In this document: positions 11,345 through 22,060 of the stretch, in pieces
How the letters are laid out: each line of letters begins with the position of its first letter
How positions within the stretch are numbered: position 1 is the stretch's first letter
DNA from: Podarcis vaucheri
Lineage: Eukaryota
Assembly: GCA_965113315.1 (NCBI GenBank)
Contig: OZ220372.1
Reading direction: 5' to 3' (one strand)
Length of the DNA stretch: 64,000 bases
Notes under the pieces: generated by a model
What the model saw: only the letters and a program-made list of their open reading frames with translations
Told to the model about the DNA's origin: nothing
Databases searched by the model: none
Program-made: the position numbers and the translations under genes

Positions 11345-12300
11345 CAGGGAACTCTGAGTGTCTGGAGGCAGCTGGCAGATGGATGGCAGCTGACTGGTTT
11401 AGGTTCAATCATGACAAGACAGAAGTATTGTTTTGGGGGGACAAGGGGCGGGCGAATGTGGGGGGCTCCCTGAAAAACCAGGTGCGCAGCCTGGGAGTCA
11501 TTTTGGACTCACAACTGTCTGTGGAGGCGCAAGTCAATTTGGTGTCCAGGGCTGCTGTCTACCAGCCCAATCTGGTATGCAGGCTGAGACCCTACCTGCC
11601 CACAGACTGTCTCACCAGAGTGGTGCATGCCCTGGTTATCTTCCTGCTTGGACTATTGCAATGCGCTCTACATGGGACTTGAAGGTGACTTGGAAAATAC
11701 AACTAATCCAGAATGTGGCAGCTAGACTGGTGACTGGAAACAGCGGCCGGGACCATATAACACCGGTCCTAAAGTATCTTCCCTGGCTCCCAGTACACTT
11801 CAGAGCACAATTCAAAGTGTTGGTACTGACCCTTAAAGCATAGCTATCAACTTTTCCCTTTTCTTGCGAAGAATCCTGTTCAGAATAAGGGAATTTCCCT
11901 TTTAAAAAGGGAAATGTTGACAGCTATGCCTTAAAGCCCTAAACGGCTTCGGTCCAGTATATCTGAAGGAGCATCTCCAGCCCCATCGCTCAGCCCAGAC
12001 AGTGAGATCCTCCTCTGAGGGTCTTCTGCTGGTTCCGTTCCCTCACTATGAGAAGCTAAGTTACAGGGAACCAGGCAGAGGGCCTTCTCGGTAGTGGTGC
12101 CCTCCCTGTGGAACGCCCTCCCTTCAGATGTCAAGGAGATAAAGAATTACACAAACTGAAGGCAGCCCTGTATCAGGAGGTTTCTAACACTTGATGTTTA
12201 TATATATATATTTAAGATATGCTGTAAGCTGCCCAGAGTGACTAGGGAAACCCAGCCAGATAGGCAAGGTATAAATAATAAAATTATTATTTATTATTAT
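11345..12300 (+). mobile_element. L2 LINE 3' portion, interrupted by a MITE
   Basis: Frameshifted ORF2 fragments (KIQLIQNVAARLVTG...HITPVLKYLPWLPVHFRAQFKVLVL) and an AT-rich tail. Confidence 0.85.
11839..11928. mobile_element. 90-bp hAT-type MITE nested in L2
   Basis: About 24-bp TIRs (catagctatcaacttttccctttt / aaaagggaaatgttgacagctatg); 8-bp TSD ccttaaag at 11831-11838 and 11929-11936. Confidence 0.85.
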
Positions 12301-13408
12301 TTTGTGGCACCTTAGATATCCAGACATCAAAATAATGCTGCAGACAAATAGGAGCTCCATTTTCTCTCCACCTCTTGCATATACCGGAATCTGTTCTGGA
12401 GGGTGTCCTCCCCGTCTCCAAGCTGATTTTGTGGGAAGGTCGGAGTGTGACAGGATGGGGAAAGGAAGCTACACTGCACACACTGATGTCTGTTGCGTCA
12501 GGAAAGCTGAAGTGCTGGATGTGGCCCGATGTGTCTAAGCTTACCCACTATGTTGGGAGGATAGGAGGAGGGAGAACACCAGGATTAGAGGGACCACAGA
12601 GGAGGAACTCTGTTGTGACTGACAGGTCTAGCTTGCTATCAGAGGACATGATTTTACCATTGTCCACATTCCCCATGCTATGGGGGGAAGCAGCTTTGCA
12701 AGACCATATGTAGGCTGTGCCTGTGAGTACCTTTTGTCTTGAGCGAACAGTGTTGAGTGATTAGCATCATGGACTGATGAAGCTCGCTGCGAAACCTGGA
12801 TAATATCCGGAGAACAGGTCTCATCTATTTGGCTTCAATTGATCATTTGGCTTTGCATTTCCAGCTAACCACTTGAAGAACGCCTTCTGGCAACCACTCC
12901 TACATTTATTGTGTTGTGCTTCCAGTGAACGACTATTTGTTCCAGCTGTGTTATGACATATTTATTGCATACATAACCAGTACAGCAATGAGAGAGACAC
13001 TGGTACATTCTATGTTTATGAATATCTCCATGCTTGGTTATGCACATTGCACTTTAGTTTGCCCATTGTCTAGTTCGTTTATGAGGGTATATATTTATTC
13101 CAGTGAAATTGTTCTTTATATTCATAAGCCAGGTCTGGTGTTGTTGGTTTGTTGTTCAATTATGGTTTAACACCTGATACTTTTTTGTGTATGCATATGT
13201 AATTTATGTCTCCAAATTTAAGAAAAGCACGAGGATGCGGAGGGGGAGAGAGCACCTTTGTAACCAATGGGTCCAACTTCTAACAAGAGGAAAAGATATT
13301 TAGTTCTTCCTAGCACGAAAGCCCCTGAACCTATTTGTATGAAATTTGGCACACTTCTTATCCAGTAAACACTATATCCAAAAGAATTTATTGATTGTTT
13401 TAGCCCAC

Positions 13409-13504
13409 CTGCAGATGAAGAGACTGGAGGCTTTCAGGGAGTGGAAGTGGGATATGATCCAAGTTGTTATCAGTGATGTAAAGATGGTGCAAGTCAAACA
13501 TATC
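13409..13504 (-). CDS. EPYC: Epiphycan coding exon 5 (DMFDLHHLYITDNNLDHIPLPLPESLQSLHLQ)
   Basis: cttcag acceptor, gtgggc donor, 96 nt, phase 0/0. Confidence 0.95.
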
Positions 13505-13527
13505 CTGAAGAAAACAAACAATTATTA

Positions 13528-13528
<1 letters not shown>

Positions 13529-13566
<38 letters not shown>
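13529..13566. repeat. (ATT)n microsatellite next to an EPYC acceptor
   Basis: Directly visible. Confidence 0.9.
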
Positions 13567-13568
<2 letters not shown>

Positions 13569-14340
13569 AAGGAGTGATTTCTTTGTTCTCGTTCTGAGCC
13601 ACACATGAGTACAGACACTTAAATTCAGCCAATCATTTTAAACATCTGTACCAAGATTGATTCTTTTTAGAGATTCAATGAATGTCAAAGCTCCAGTTGT
13701 GTGGAACATTCGGCTTAGTGGTTTTATTTGCTTGTTTTCAGGTTTGCAAAGCCTGGCTACTTCAGGCCATAAGACTGAGCTTGACCTCACTGCAGTTCTC
13801 TCTTTATCACTGCACAATTTCTCCGTTGTTCTCAGAGCACGGAAGACAGAATCATACCATGCAGCCATACAGCTGCCACCTTACCCTGACAGTGACTTCA
13901 TGCAAGGTATTTTTTTCCATTTGAGCATTAAATTTGAGTACAAAAATATGGCTTCTGTATCAGTTTTGATGTATATGTGCATGGCACAGGTTGCTTAAAA
14001 ATACATGCTAGTGGCAAATTTTGATTTAAAAAAAATGTTTTGGTTGTTTTTACTGATAATGTTATTGTTTTATATTTGTAAACTGCTTGGAGCTTTTTCA
14101 CAATCAAGCAGTGCACAATAAAATAAAATAAATAAGAGGAAAATAATATGTGCCTAATCCATGATCCTTTCTACATTGTCCTTAGAAATTAAGCCTCTGC
14201 CACCATGTTGTTTTGCACTGGAAGAGCTATCTCACATCACTTTATGAGAGAACTCCCTCCTGCTCTTATAATGACTCTTTTTATTAGTCAAATAGAGGGA
14301 TTTTTTTTCAAATTAGTCAGCAGTTAAATACAAAACTCAC

Positions 14341-14543
14341 TTTAAATGCTTCTTGTCTGATTCCTTTGCGACCAAGCCTGTTGTTACTAATATCAATGAA
14401 TATCAAGGTTGGTGGTAATTCTGGAAGCTGCCTTATCTTGTTATCTCGAAGTATCAGTTCCTGAAGTTGTGGTAGTTTCCTGAAGGCATCTTCATCAATT
14501 TCAGATATAAAATTTGAAGTCAAGTCAATCCTTTTTAAGTTGC
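14341..14543 (-). CDS. EPYC: Epiphycan coding exon 4 (NLKRIDLTSNFISEIDEDAFRKLPQL...QEAFK)
   Basis: gactag acceptor, gtgagt donor, 203 nt, LRRs. Confidence 0.95.
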
Positions 14544-14799
14544 CTAGTCAGGGAAACCAAAGCAGGCGAAATAATTACAGCATTTCTGCCTGCTTTTAAA
14601 GACCAACACCAGGGGTGGGGGTGGGGAGGACAGACAATCACCATTCTTTGGATGCAAATAGTTCCAAATTATAGTTCACAATATGATATTATGTCCAGAA
14701 GATGTATGCTACTATGCACTTATCTTTCAGTATGAGAAAGTACTTTGCATTGCATGCAATAAAATAAAGTGTAGTAACCAATAGTAAAGTCATCCATAC

Positions 14800-14958
14800 T
14801 TAGGTTAGCAAAGTCATCCCTGTTGACCCTTTTGATTCTGTTATAGCGAGAGTAGAAATGTGTGGTTTCCTTTGGCAAGGGGGGAAGATCTTCGAGTTCA
14901 CGATCATCACAGTAGACAGAAGTACTTAGGCACATACACAGAAGACAAGTTGGGAGGC
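14800..14958 (-). CDS. EPYC: Epiphycan coding exon 3 (LPTCLLCMCLSTSVYCDD...DDFANL)
   Basis: ttttag acceptor, gtatgg donor, 159 nt, class III Cys cluster. Confidence 0.95.
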
Positions 14959-15331
14959 CTAAAACGTGAAAGAAGAAACCATTCACTTAGTTATACACTT
15001 GTAAAAATTTAGATTCGCCTTGTCCAGAGACACATGGAATGACTTCTGTCAAATCTAACCTGCTGCAAATTCACACAGAGCCATACCATCCTCCAGAGCC
15101 ACACGGTCTAAGTATCTTGCTGAACCAGTTTATGGTTCTGTTTGAGATTTTGAAAAGCATTTGGCTCCTTTTATTCTAGTGGTTCTAGGCTTAGGCTCAT
15201 GTGTAGGTATCTGAGTTCTCATGAATAACTTGCCTCTTAGTGTAGCAGAATAATCACCAGTCATGCACTTTTGATAAAAGTTCCACATTTACACTATTTG
15301 TGGAGTAATGCATAGTGATATTTTTCAGATA

Positions 15332-16248
15332 CAGTGGTGCCTCGCAAGACGAAATTAATTCGTTCCGCAAGTCTCTTCGTCTTGCGGTTTTTTCGTCTTG
15401 CGATGCACGGTTTCCCATAGGAATGCATTGAAAATCAATTAATGCGTTCCTAGGGAAACCGCCTTCAGACCAGGTCCGGGGACAGTCTGTCCCCGGACCT
15501 CTTCTGAAGGCTGGGGGGGGAGGGCTTTTCTTCCCACCCCCAGCATTTTAAAAAACCCCGGGACAGCGGAGGACTTCTCCGCTGTCCGGGCGATCTTAAA
15601 ATGCTGGCGGGCGGCATTTTAAAATCGCCCCGGGACAGCGGAGGACTTCTCCGCTGTCCGGGGCGATTTAAAAGCCCCTGGGAAGGCAGGCAGGGGGGAC
15701 AAAGACTTTCGCCCCCTGCCCGCCTTCAGAAGGTGTTCCCGCCCCCCACCCCGCTTCGGAGCAGCGTTCCGAAGCGGGGTGGCTGGGGCAGGTGTTCCCG
15801 CCCCCCCGCCCGGCTTCGCAGCAGCGCTACGAAGCCCGCGGTGGGGCAGGTGTTCCCGCCCCCCCACCCCGCTTCGGAGCAGCGTTCCGAAGCGGGGTGG
15901 CTGGGGCAGGTGTTCCCGCCCCCCCGCCCGGCTTCGCAGCAGCGCTACAAACCCCGGCGGTGGGGCAGGTGTTCCCGCCCCCCCACCCCGCTTCGGAGCA
16001 GCGTTCCGAAGCGGGGCGGTGGGGGAAGGTGTTCCCGCCCCCCCCGCCCCGCTTCGGAGCACCGGGAGAAGCGATCTCCCCGCAGCCGCTTGCTTCAAAA
16101 GAGAAGACCCGCTGTCCCTGGGGCAAGCTTCATTTTGCGAAGCAAGCCCATAGGGAAATTTGTCTTGCGAGGCAACTCGAAAACGAAAAAACCTTTCGTT
16201 TTGTGAGTTTTTCGTCTCGCGAGGCGTTCGTCTTGCGGGGTACCACTG
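15332..16248. mobile_element. Non-autonomous pogo/Tigger-like DNA transposon (917 bp) with an internal GC-rich minisatellite
   Basis: TIRs cagtggtgcctcgcaagacgaa / ttcgtcttgcggggtaccactg; TA target duplication at 15330-15331 and 16249-16250. Confidence 0.85.
15731..16062. repeat. 58-60 bp GC-rich minisatellite, about 5.5 copies with alternating A/B units
   Basis: Units start with aggtgttcccgcc at 15731, 15790, 15848, 15908, 15967 and 16027. Confidence 0.9.
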
Positions 16249-17487
16249 TACTGGGAAACATTATATTGAATATTTCGTGCACTTTGTGTTACACCATTCA
16301 AAACTGGGTGCATATGCAAACATGTGTACAGTATCAATGCTCCATTTTTTTGCCCTTAATATTTAATTTAAAAGTTGCAAACCACGCTTTTGTAAATTTA
16401 CAATTAAATGAAACAAACACACAAGAAGTTATTAAGTGGATTTATTACTGGAGGCAATGTGGCTGTTCAAAACCAACAACTCAGTGTAATCAAATCAAGT
16501 GGATTCCCTTGTATATTAGATTGGTCTGGATATGAAAATTGCTGCTTGAATAATCCTAGTGATTCACTACATCTGTAATGTTTTATAGGAAATACTCTTA
16601 TGAATACTGGAGCATTTTGTCCATACTAGATTTCTCAAGTCATAGTCAGGATGATATCTTCATTTTATATTCTACCTCCAGGATCTGTGTCTTCCCTTTA
16701 AAACTTAATAAACCTGCATACACTTAGTTTGGTAACCAGCATGCTTTTTTGATATTTGAGGAAATTGGTTCCCCCCCCCATGAGACTTCAATTTCCTTAG
16801 AATTGTTTTTAATTAGCATCTTTCATGCAGAACAATGACATCAGGAAAGGCTTCAACCAACCCTTGAGGAAAAACTGCTTGAAAGCTGTAGATTATTAAA
16901 TAAAACATCAAACTACTGCTGAATGAACATAAGAAAATGATCTAAAGCATTTAAACCAATTTATGAAAGGGCTTCATTAACAGGTATGTGGATGTAATTG
17001 GGAAGAGCTCTGCATTTCCCTATTGCCTTCTGAAAAAGGAGGTAGGATTGAGAAACATCACAAATATTTATAGAAAATAGAACATAATGGTGCAAAATGA
17101 TGCCATTTTATATGTCTAATGCTGTTAATGTGGGTGTTTAGGATAGACTGGAAAGCAATATTTAACATTACTGGTTAACATTACTGGATTCTTTTTAGTG
17201 GGATTTAGAGTGTTTTCCAGAAGTAAGGAATTCAGGGCCCCCCACCTGTTGCTCGAGACCTAAAGCCCCATTGACTCCACTGCCCTTGCTTCTGCTGGTC
17301 TCTTTTCCCTTACTGTTCCTGAGCAGTGACTGGTCACCCCTGAACCTGGTGTGAGGCAACCTGTGGTCAAGGAGGTTATGTAGGCAGGGACCAATAAGGT
17401 CACGTGAGTGGGACTAAGGAGGTTACATGGAAAGGGCCAAATTGTTCTTGGCCTGAAACTAGACTAGAATCTGTTTCTTACAGGTCT

Positions 17488-17760
17488 AAAAGGTAAAGGG
17501 ACTCCTTACCATTAGGTCCAGTCGTGGCTGACTCTAGGGTTGCGGCGCTCATCTTGCTTTATTAGCCAAGGGAGCCGGCGTACAGCTTCCGGGTCATGTG
17601 GCCAGCGTGACCAAGCCGCTTCTGGTGAACCAGAGCAGCGCATGGAAACACCGTTTACCTTCCCGTCAGAGCGGTACCTATTTATCTACTTGCACTTTGA
17701 TGTGCTTTCGAACTGCTAGATTGGCAGGAGCTGGGACCGAACAACGGAGCTCACCCCATC
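17488..17760 (-). mobile_element. Sauria SINE, 5'-truncated
   Basis: High similarity to the copy at 6130-6480. Confidence 0.88.
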
Positions 17761-17941
17761 CTTGCAGGTATTTAGCCACCACACTCTCAACCACATTGCC
17801 CAGGGAGGAAGTACTAGTATAATTATACTAATTAACCTAAAATTTAGTAACATTATTTTAATTAACATACAACCAAGTTTTAAGGCTTGTTTGACTTATA
17901 GGAGGGATCAATGTTGTGTTCTGGGGTGGAGGCTTTAGTTA

Positions 17942-18110
17942 CCGTATTTTTCGCTCTATAACACGCACCCGACCATAACACGCACATAGTTTTTAGAGGA
18001 GGAAAATCCGTAGGCATGCCACCCGTAGGCATACCCTCCATAACACGCACAGACATTTCCCCTTACTTTCTAGGAGGAAAAAAGTGAGTGTTATGGTGCA
18101 AAAAATACGG
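17942..18110. mobile_element. Tc1/mariner-superfamily (Tc2-like) MITE, 169 bp
   Basis: TIRs ccgtattttt / aaaaatacgg with TA duplication at 17940-17941 and 18111-18112. Confidence 0.8.
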
Positions 18111-18564
18111 TATTTCCTTTTCTCTAGCAACTGACATCTCACTGCTTGGCTCAACTCAGCTCAGCTTCTACCATAACTGGCAAAATAACACAAAATCAGC
18201 AATTTGCTTTTCAAAACTGGAAGAAAACAGATTAGATTGCCCAATTTATCTGTCACTCTTGAATGTCCACACACTCATAAACCTGATAACTTCAGTGGGA
18301 AGAACGTAGATTCATTCCCATACTGCTTTCCATCTACTGGTGGTAGTTATAACAGCACGACGATGCCTCCCCCACCCCCTGATCACTAGATAATTTAAGA
18401 AGTCTAGATGGTAAGGAATCAAGTTTGCGTACTGCAAACCTTTATAGAAAACTGCATTACATATTCCCTGATGAAAAGGCTCCTTAGCTTGTGTTGGAAT
18501 TATAGGCCCAAATCTAGACAAAGCAGAAAGTCAAAATCATGTCCCTCAACTCTCTCTTACAAAC

Positions 18565-18718
18565 CTTCATGTGTATGGGGACCAAGAACTCCTGGTCCGT
18601 GAGGTGAAGAGCCATCAATAAGCTTAGGTGTGGATGCTTCTTCTTCGGGTTCTTCTGGCAGTGGAGAAGGTAAATAAATCTCTCGAGTTACAGATGGTAC
18701 TACTGTTCCAATCTCTAC
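18565..18718 (-). CDS. EPYC: Epiphycan coding exon 2 (VEIGTVVPSVTREIYLPSPLPEEPEEEASTPKLIDGSSPHGPGVLGPHTHE)
   Basis: tcctag acceptor, gtttgt donor, 154 nt; STPKLIDGSSP motif is conserved with mammalian EPYC as recalled. Confidence 0.92.
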
Positions 18719-19734
18719 CTAGGAGACACATACATATTAAAGCAGTTATGTGGTATCGGTATGCAATGTCAATTTTTATTATAATTTGCCGTATATTCAA
18801 GTTACCTGGACTTATATTAAAGGCCTGGGAGTCTCTGGTGAGGTTGGAGAAAGAATGTGTCAGTAAGAAAGCATTATTCGCTAAATGCAGGCAGAATGTA
18901 TGATGGGAAGACTTTTTCTGCTAGCTCAGAGGAAATGTGAAATATCCATATCACATACAAATTAGTACTTTTTACAGCAGGATATATCATTCACCATCTT
19001 GCTGCTTTAACCAACCACTCTAGGTTCACATACTTAAAAACCAATGTATCTTTGCAACCCAAATTGGCAGATAACCTGCAGTTTTCATGAAACTTGACAC
19101 CTTAAGATATTGGGCAGAGGTCACCCTACAAGATTAAATGTCTGGTTTCTGACAAAAGCATCCCACTTTGTATACCTACATGTTTGGGAGACTTAGAATA
19201 GCTCTTTGGTTTACGTAGTAAGTATCCAACACAGATTGGAAATAGTAGTTTCAGAATCCTATTTTACCAGTAGATGGCACATACTCCCTGGAACACAACA
19301 ATATCAGCTTATTTTCTGTTCCATAACTCTACAAATTTATAAAACCGTACATTAACCCACTCTTCTTTAAAATTCACTTTAATTTTTCTTTACAGTAAAG
19401 CTTTCTTTCTCATACATGCTAGATTGTTTTCTCTGGAGAAAGCTGGCAACAGATTCTATAAATTAGTAACATATTGCAAAAATAAAATAAAATCCAAATG
19501 GTTGTTGTTGGTGGGCTGGTTTTTTTTAATGGAATTGTAAAACTTTCTGTATTCTCAATATACTGAAATAAATTGAGTGAAGGACTGAGTTAATAAATCA
19601 TTTGCTGGGTTTTTTAGAAAAATCCCCCCCAACTGTCTGAATGAACATTTTCCATGTGTGTTTATGGGGACAACCATTGTTCAGAATTTCAGCAACAGTG
19701 CTTGCAAAGCTGCAAATACAAAGAACTTGGTTAA

Positions 19735-20110
19735 GAACCTGGACCACCTCTCCCCCTATGAACCAACCCTGACCCTGTAAACATCATCTGAGGCCCTTCT
19801 TGGTGTGCTTCCTCCATGAGGGCCTGAAGATAGCACCACAAAAACAGATCTTTTATGTGGTGGCTCCACATTAGTGGAATGCTCTCTCCAGGGAAACTTG
19901 CCTGGCACCTTTATTACATATCTTCAGGTGTTGGGAGAAAACATTTCTCTGTTACCAGGCCTTTGGCTGATCAACATTACATGGCCCTTTGAATATGTTT
20001 GTGGGAGGGTGCTTATTGGTTTGTTTTTTATTGTTTTGCTATGTATTCTGTCTTCTAATGTTGTATTTTTATGTTGTGAACTGCCATGTGATCTTTGGAT
20101 GAAGTGATAA
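19735..20110 (+). mobile_element. L2 LINE 3' fragment
   Basis: Similar to the L2 copy at 60770-61000 (catcatctgaggcccttct...ggaatgctctctccaggga). Confidence 0.7.
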
Positions 20111-20278
20111 AAAATATTTTAGGAGTCTGCGTAAGTTCTGTATGCATGCTGAATAAGGTGAACTGGGGTTATTCCAGTCATGATTCCATGTTCCTGACCA
20201 GATCACATTATTAACAAGAAAGATCAGGGACCTACTAAGCTTCCGTGTTCTTCCTGAGGTCTTTTTTTTTTTTAATTA

Positions 20279-20622
20279 GGGTGCTGGAGGAGACTCTTGA
20301 GAGTCCCATGGATGGCAAGAAGATCAAACCTCTCCATTCTTAAGGAAATCAGCCCTGAGTGCTCACTGGAAGGACAGATCCTGAAGCTGAGACTCCAATA
20401 CGTAGGCCACCTCATGAGAAGACTCCCTGAAAAGACCCTGATGTTGCGAAAGATGGAGGGCACAAGGAGAAGGGGACAACAGAGAACGAGATGGTTGGAC
20501 AGTGTTCTTGAAGCTACCAGCATGAGTTTGACCAAACTGCAGGAGGCAGTGGAAGACAGGAGTGCCTGGCGTACCCTGGTCCACGGGGTCACGAAGAGTC
20601 GGACACGACTAAACAACAACAA
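20279..20622 (+). mobile_element. Bov-B (RTE) LINE 3' end
   Basis: RVPWMARRSNLSILKEISPECSLEGQILKLRLQYVGHLMRR...LVHGVTKSRTRL; ends with a (CAA)n tail. Confidence 0.92.
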
Positions 20623-20829
20623 TTTTTTTTCAAGAAGTTAAACACATAAACTTTCCTCCTCTCCTTTCCTTTCTAAGAATCAAAACTAAGCTGACAGAGC
20701 CTGAGAGGTGAGGAGGGGTGTCTGTGTGTTTGTGTATCTCATGTTTTGACTGATAGAAAATAATTCACTGTGATTAAAAATTAAACCTAAGGTCACTCAA
20801 GTTGCTGTGATTAGGGAAGTGATGTTGAG

Positions 20830-20917
20830 ATAAAAGAGAGAACACACCATGCAACAGAAACAGAACTAATCAAATAAAAGAGAGAACACACCATGCAACA
20901 GAAACAGAACTAATCAA
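20830..20917. repeat. Perfect 44-bp tandem duplication
   Basis: ataaaagagagaacacaccatgcaacagaaacagaactaatcaa occurs twice. Confidence 0.9.
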
Positions 20918-21924
20918 AACCTCTCTCACCGGGTTTTGATTAGTTTTGTAATCCTGAAACAGGGAGCAAAGAGGCCAAAGTCACCCCACCCCCTTCAATA
21001 GATAACCTGGAATTCCTCTTCTTTGCAGAGAACAGGAACTGCCACCATCAATGCCTTCTTTTGTGACTACGGAGCTAAGAAAGTGTTTTCGGGATATCAG
21101 TATCTTGATGAGATGAGATATAAGTTCTTGTCCCTCTAGGCAGGGTGACAAGGATAATGACTGTTATCATATGTGTGTCTCTAAAACACATTGTTCCCAT
21201 CTGTCATTTTGAAAAGGAGACAGCTTAGACAAGAATGGACTTTGGGACAAATCAAAAGAAGACCAAAAGAACACAGGAAATCAAGGCAGATGTTTTCTTC
21301 ATGGAGGAAGTCTAGAGGGAGGAACACATTCCAGACGACTTGACCCAGCAGGAGCATTATGCAAAAGTGCTAGCATATGCCATGTAAAAATATGGCAGCT
21401 TATCCACTTGAAGAAGCAGACATGATGAGCAATTTACTTTTGATCAAGGCCATATCAGAGAATATCATCTTTTCTAAAAAGATTTTTTAATAGTAATTGC
21501 AGCATGTTTAGAAAATACAATAAAGACTGACGAGCTTATAGAAGTGTTTTTACATTTAGGAAGCTATATCTCTTGCAGTGTAACCGTATGCATGTTAATG
21601 CTGTGCTTTTATTATGTTGGAAGCTGCCCATGGTGACTGGGGCAACCTGGTCAAACTGACAGGTTATAAGCAATAATTTATTTATTTATTTATTATGATA
21701 AATCTCACTGTTTTCAGCTTCCCAGGTAGGTGCACGCAGAACTGAAGCTTCAATTTGTGGTTACTAATTTTATCACTATGGCTATTTGTGTTAAAGATCT
21801 ACATTTAGATAAAAGCTTTTGCAGCTCTTATGATTTTTCTCTTTCTGAAATATCACTTTATGGCAGCAACAACTCAGGGGACTTGGTTTGGTCTGGAAGA
21901 GAGATGAATGACAAGGATTCCACT

Positions 21925-22060
21925 GTTTTGTTTAGTCATTTAGTTGTGTCCGACTCTTCGTGACCCCATGGACCAGTGCACGCCAGGCACTACTGTCTTC
22001 CACTGCTTCCCGCAGTTTGGTCAGACTCATGTTTGTAGCTTCAAGAACACTGTCCAACAC
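21925..22060 (-). mobile_element. Short Bov-B 3' fragment
   Basis: Reverse complement of 20490-20620. Confidence 0.85.

Noticed and set aside
12310-12960. Moderately GC-rich segment that might be a DIRS or LTR remnant
   Set aside because: No termini, TSD or protein motif I can support
15731-16062. CRISPR-like appearance (palindromic repeats at regular spacing)
   Set aside because: No unique spacers, no cas genes, vertebrate context, and enclosed by transposon TIRs
15601-16535. Several long Pro/Gly/Arg-rich ORFs (up to 247 aa) on both strands
   Set aside because: They result from stop-poor GC-rich tandem repeats inside a non-autonomous transposon
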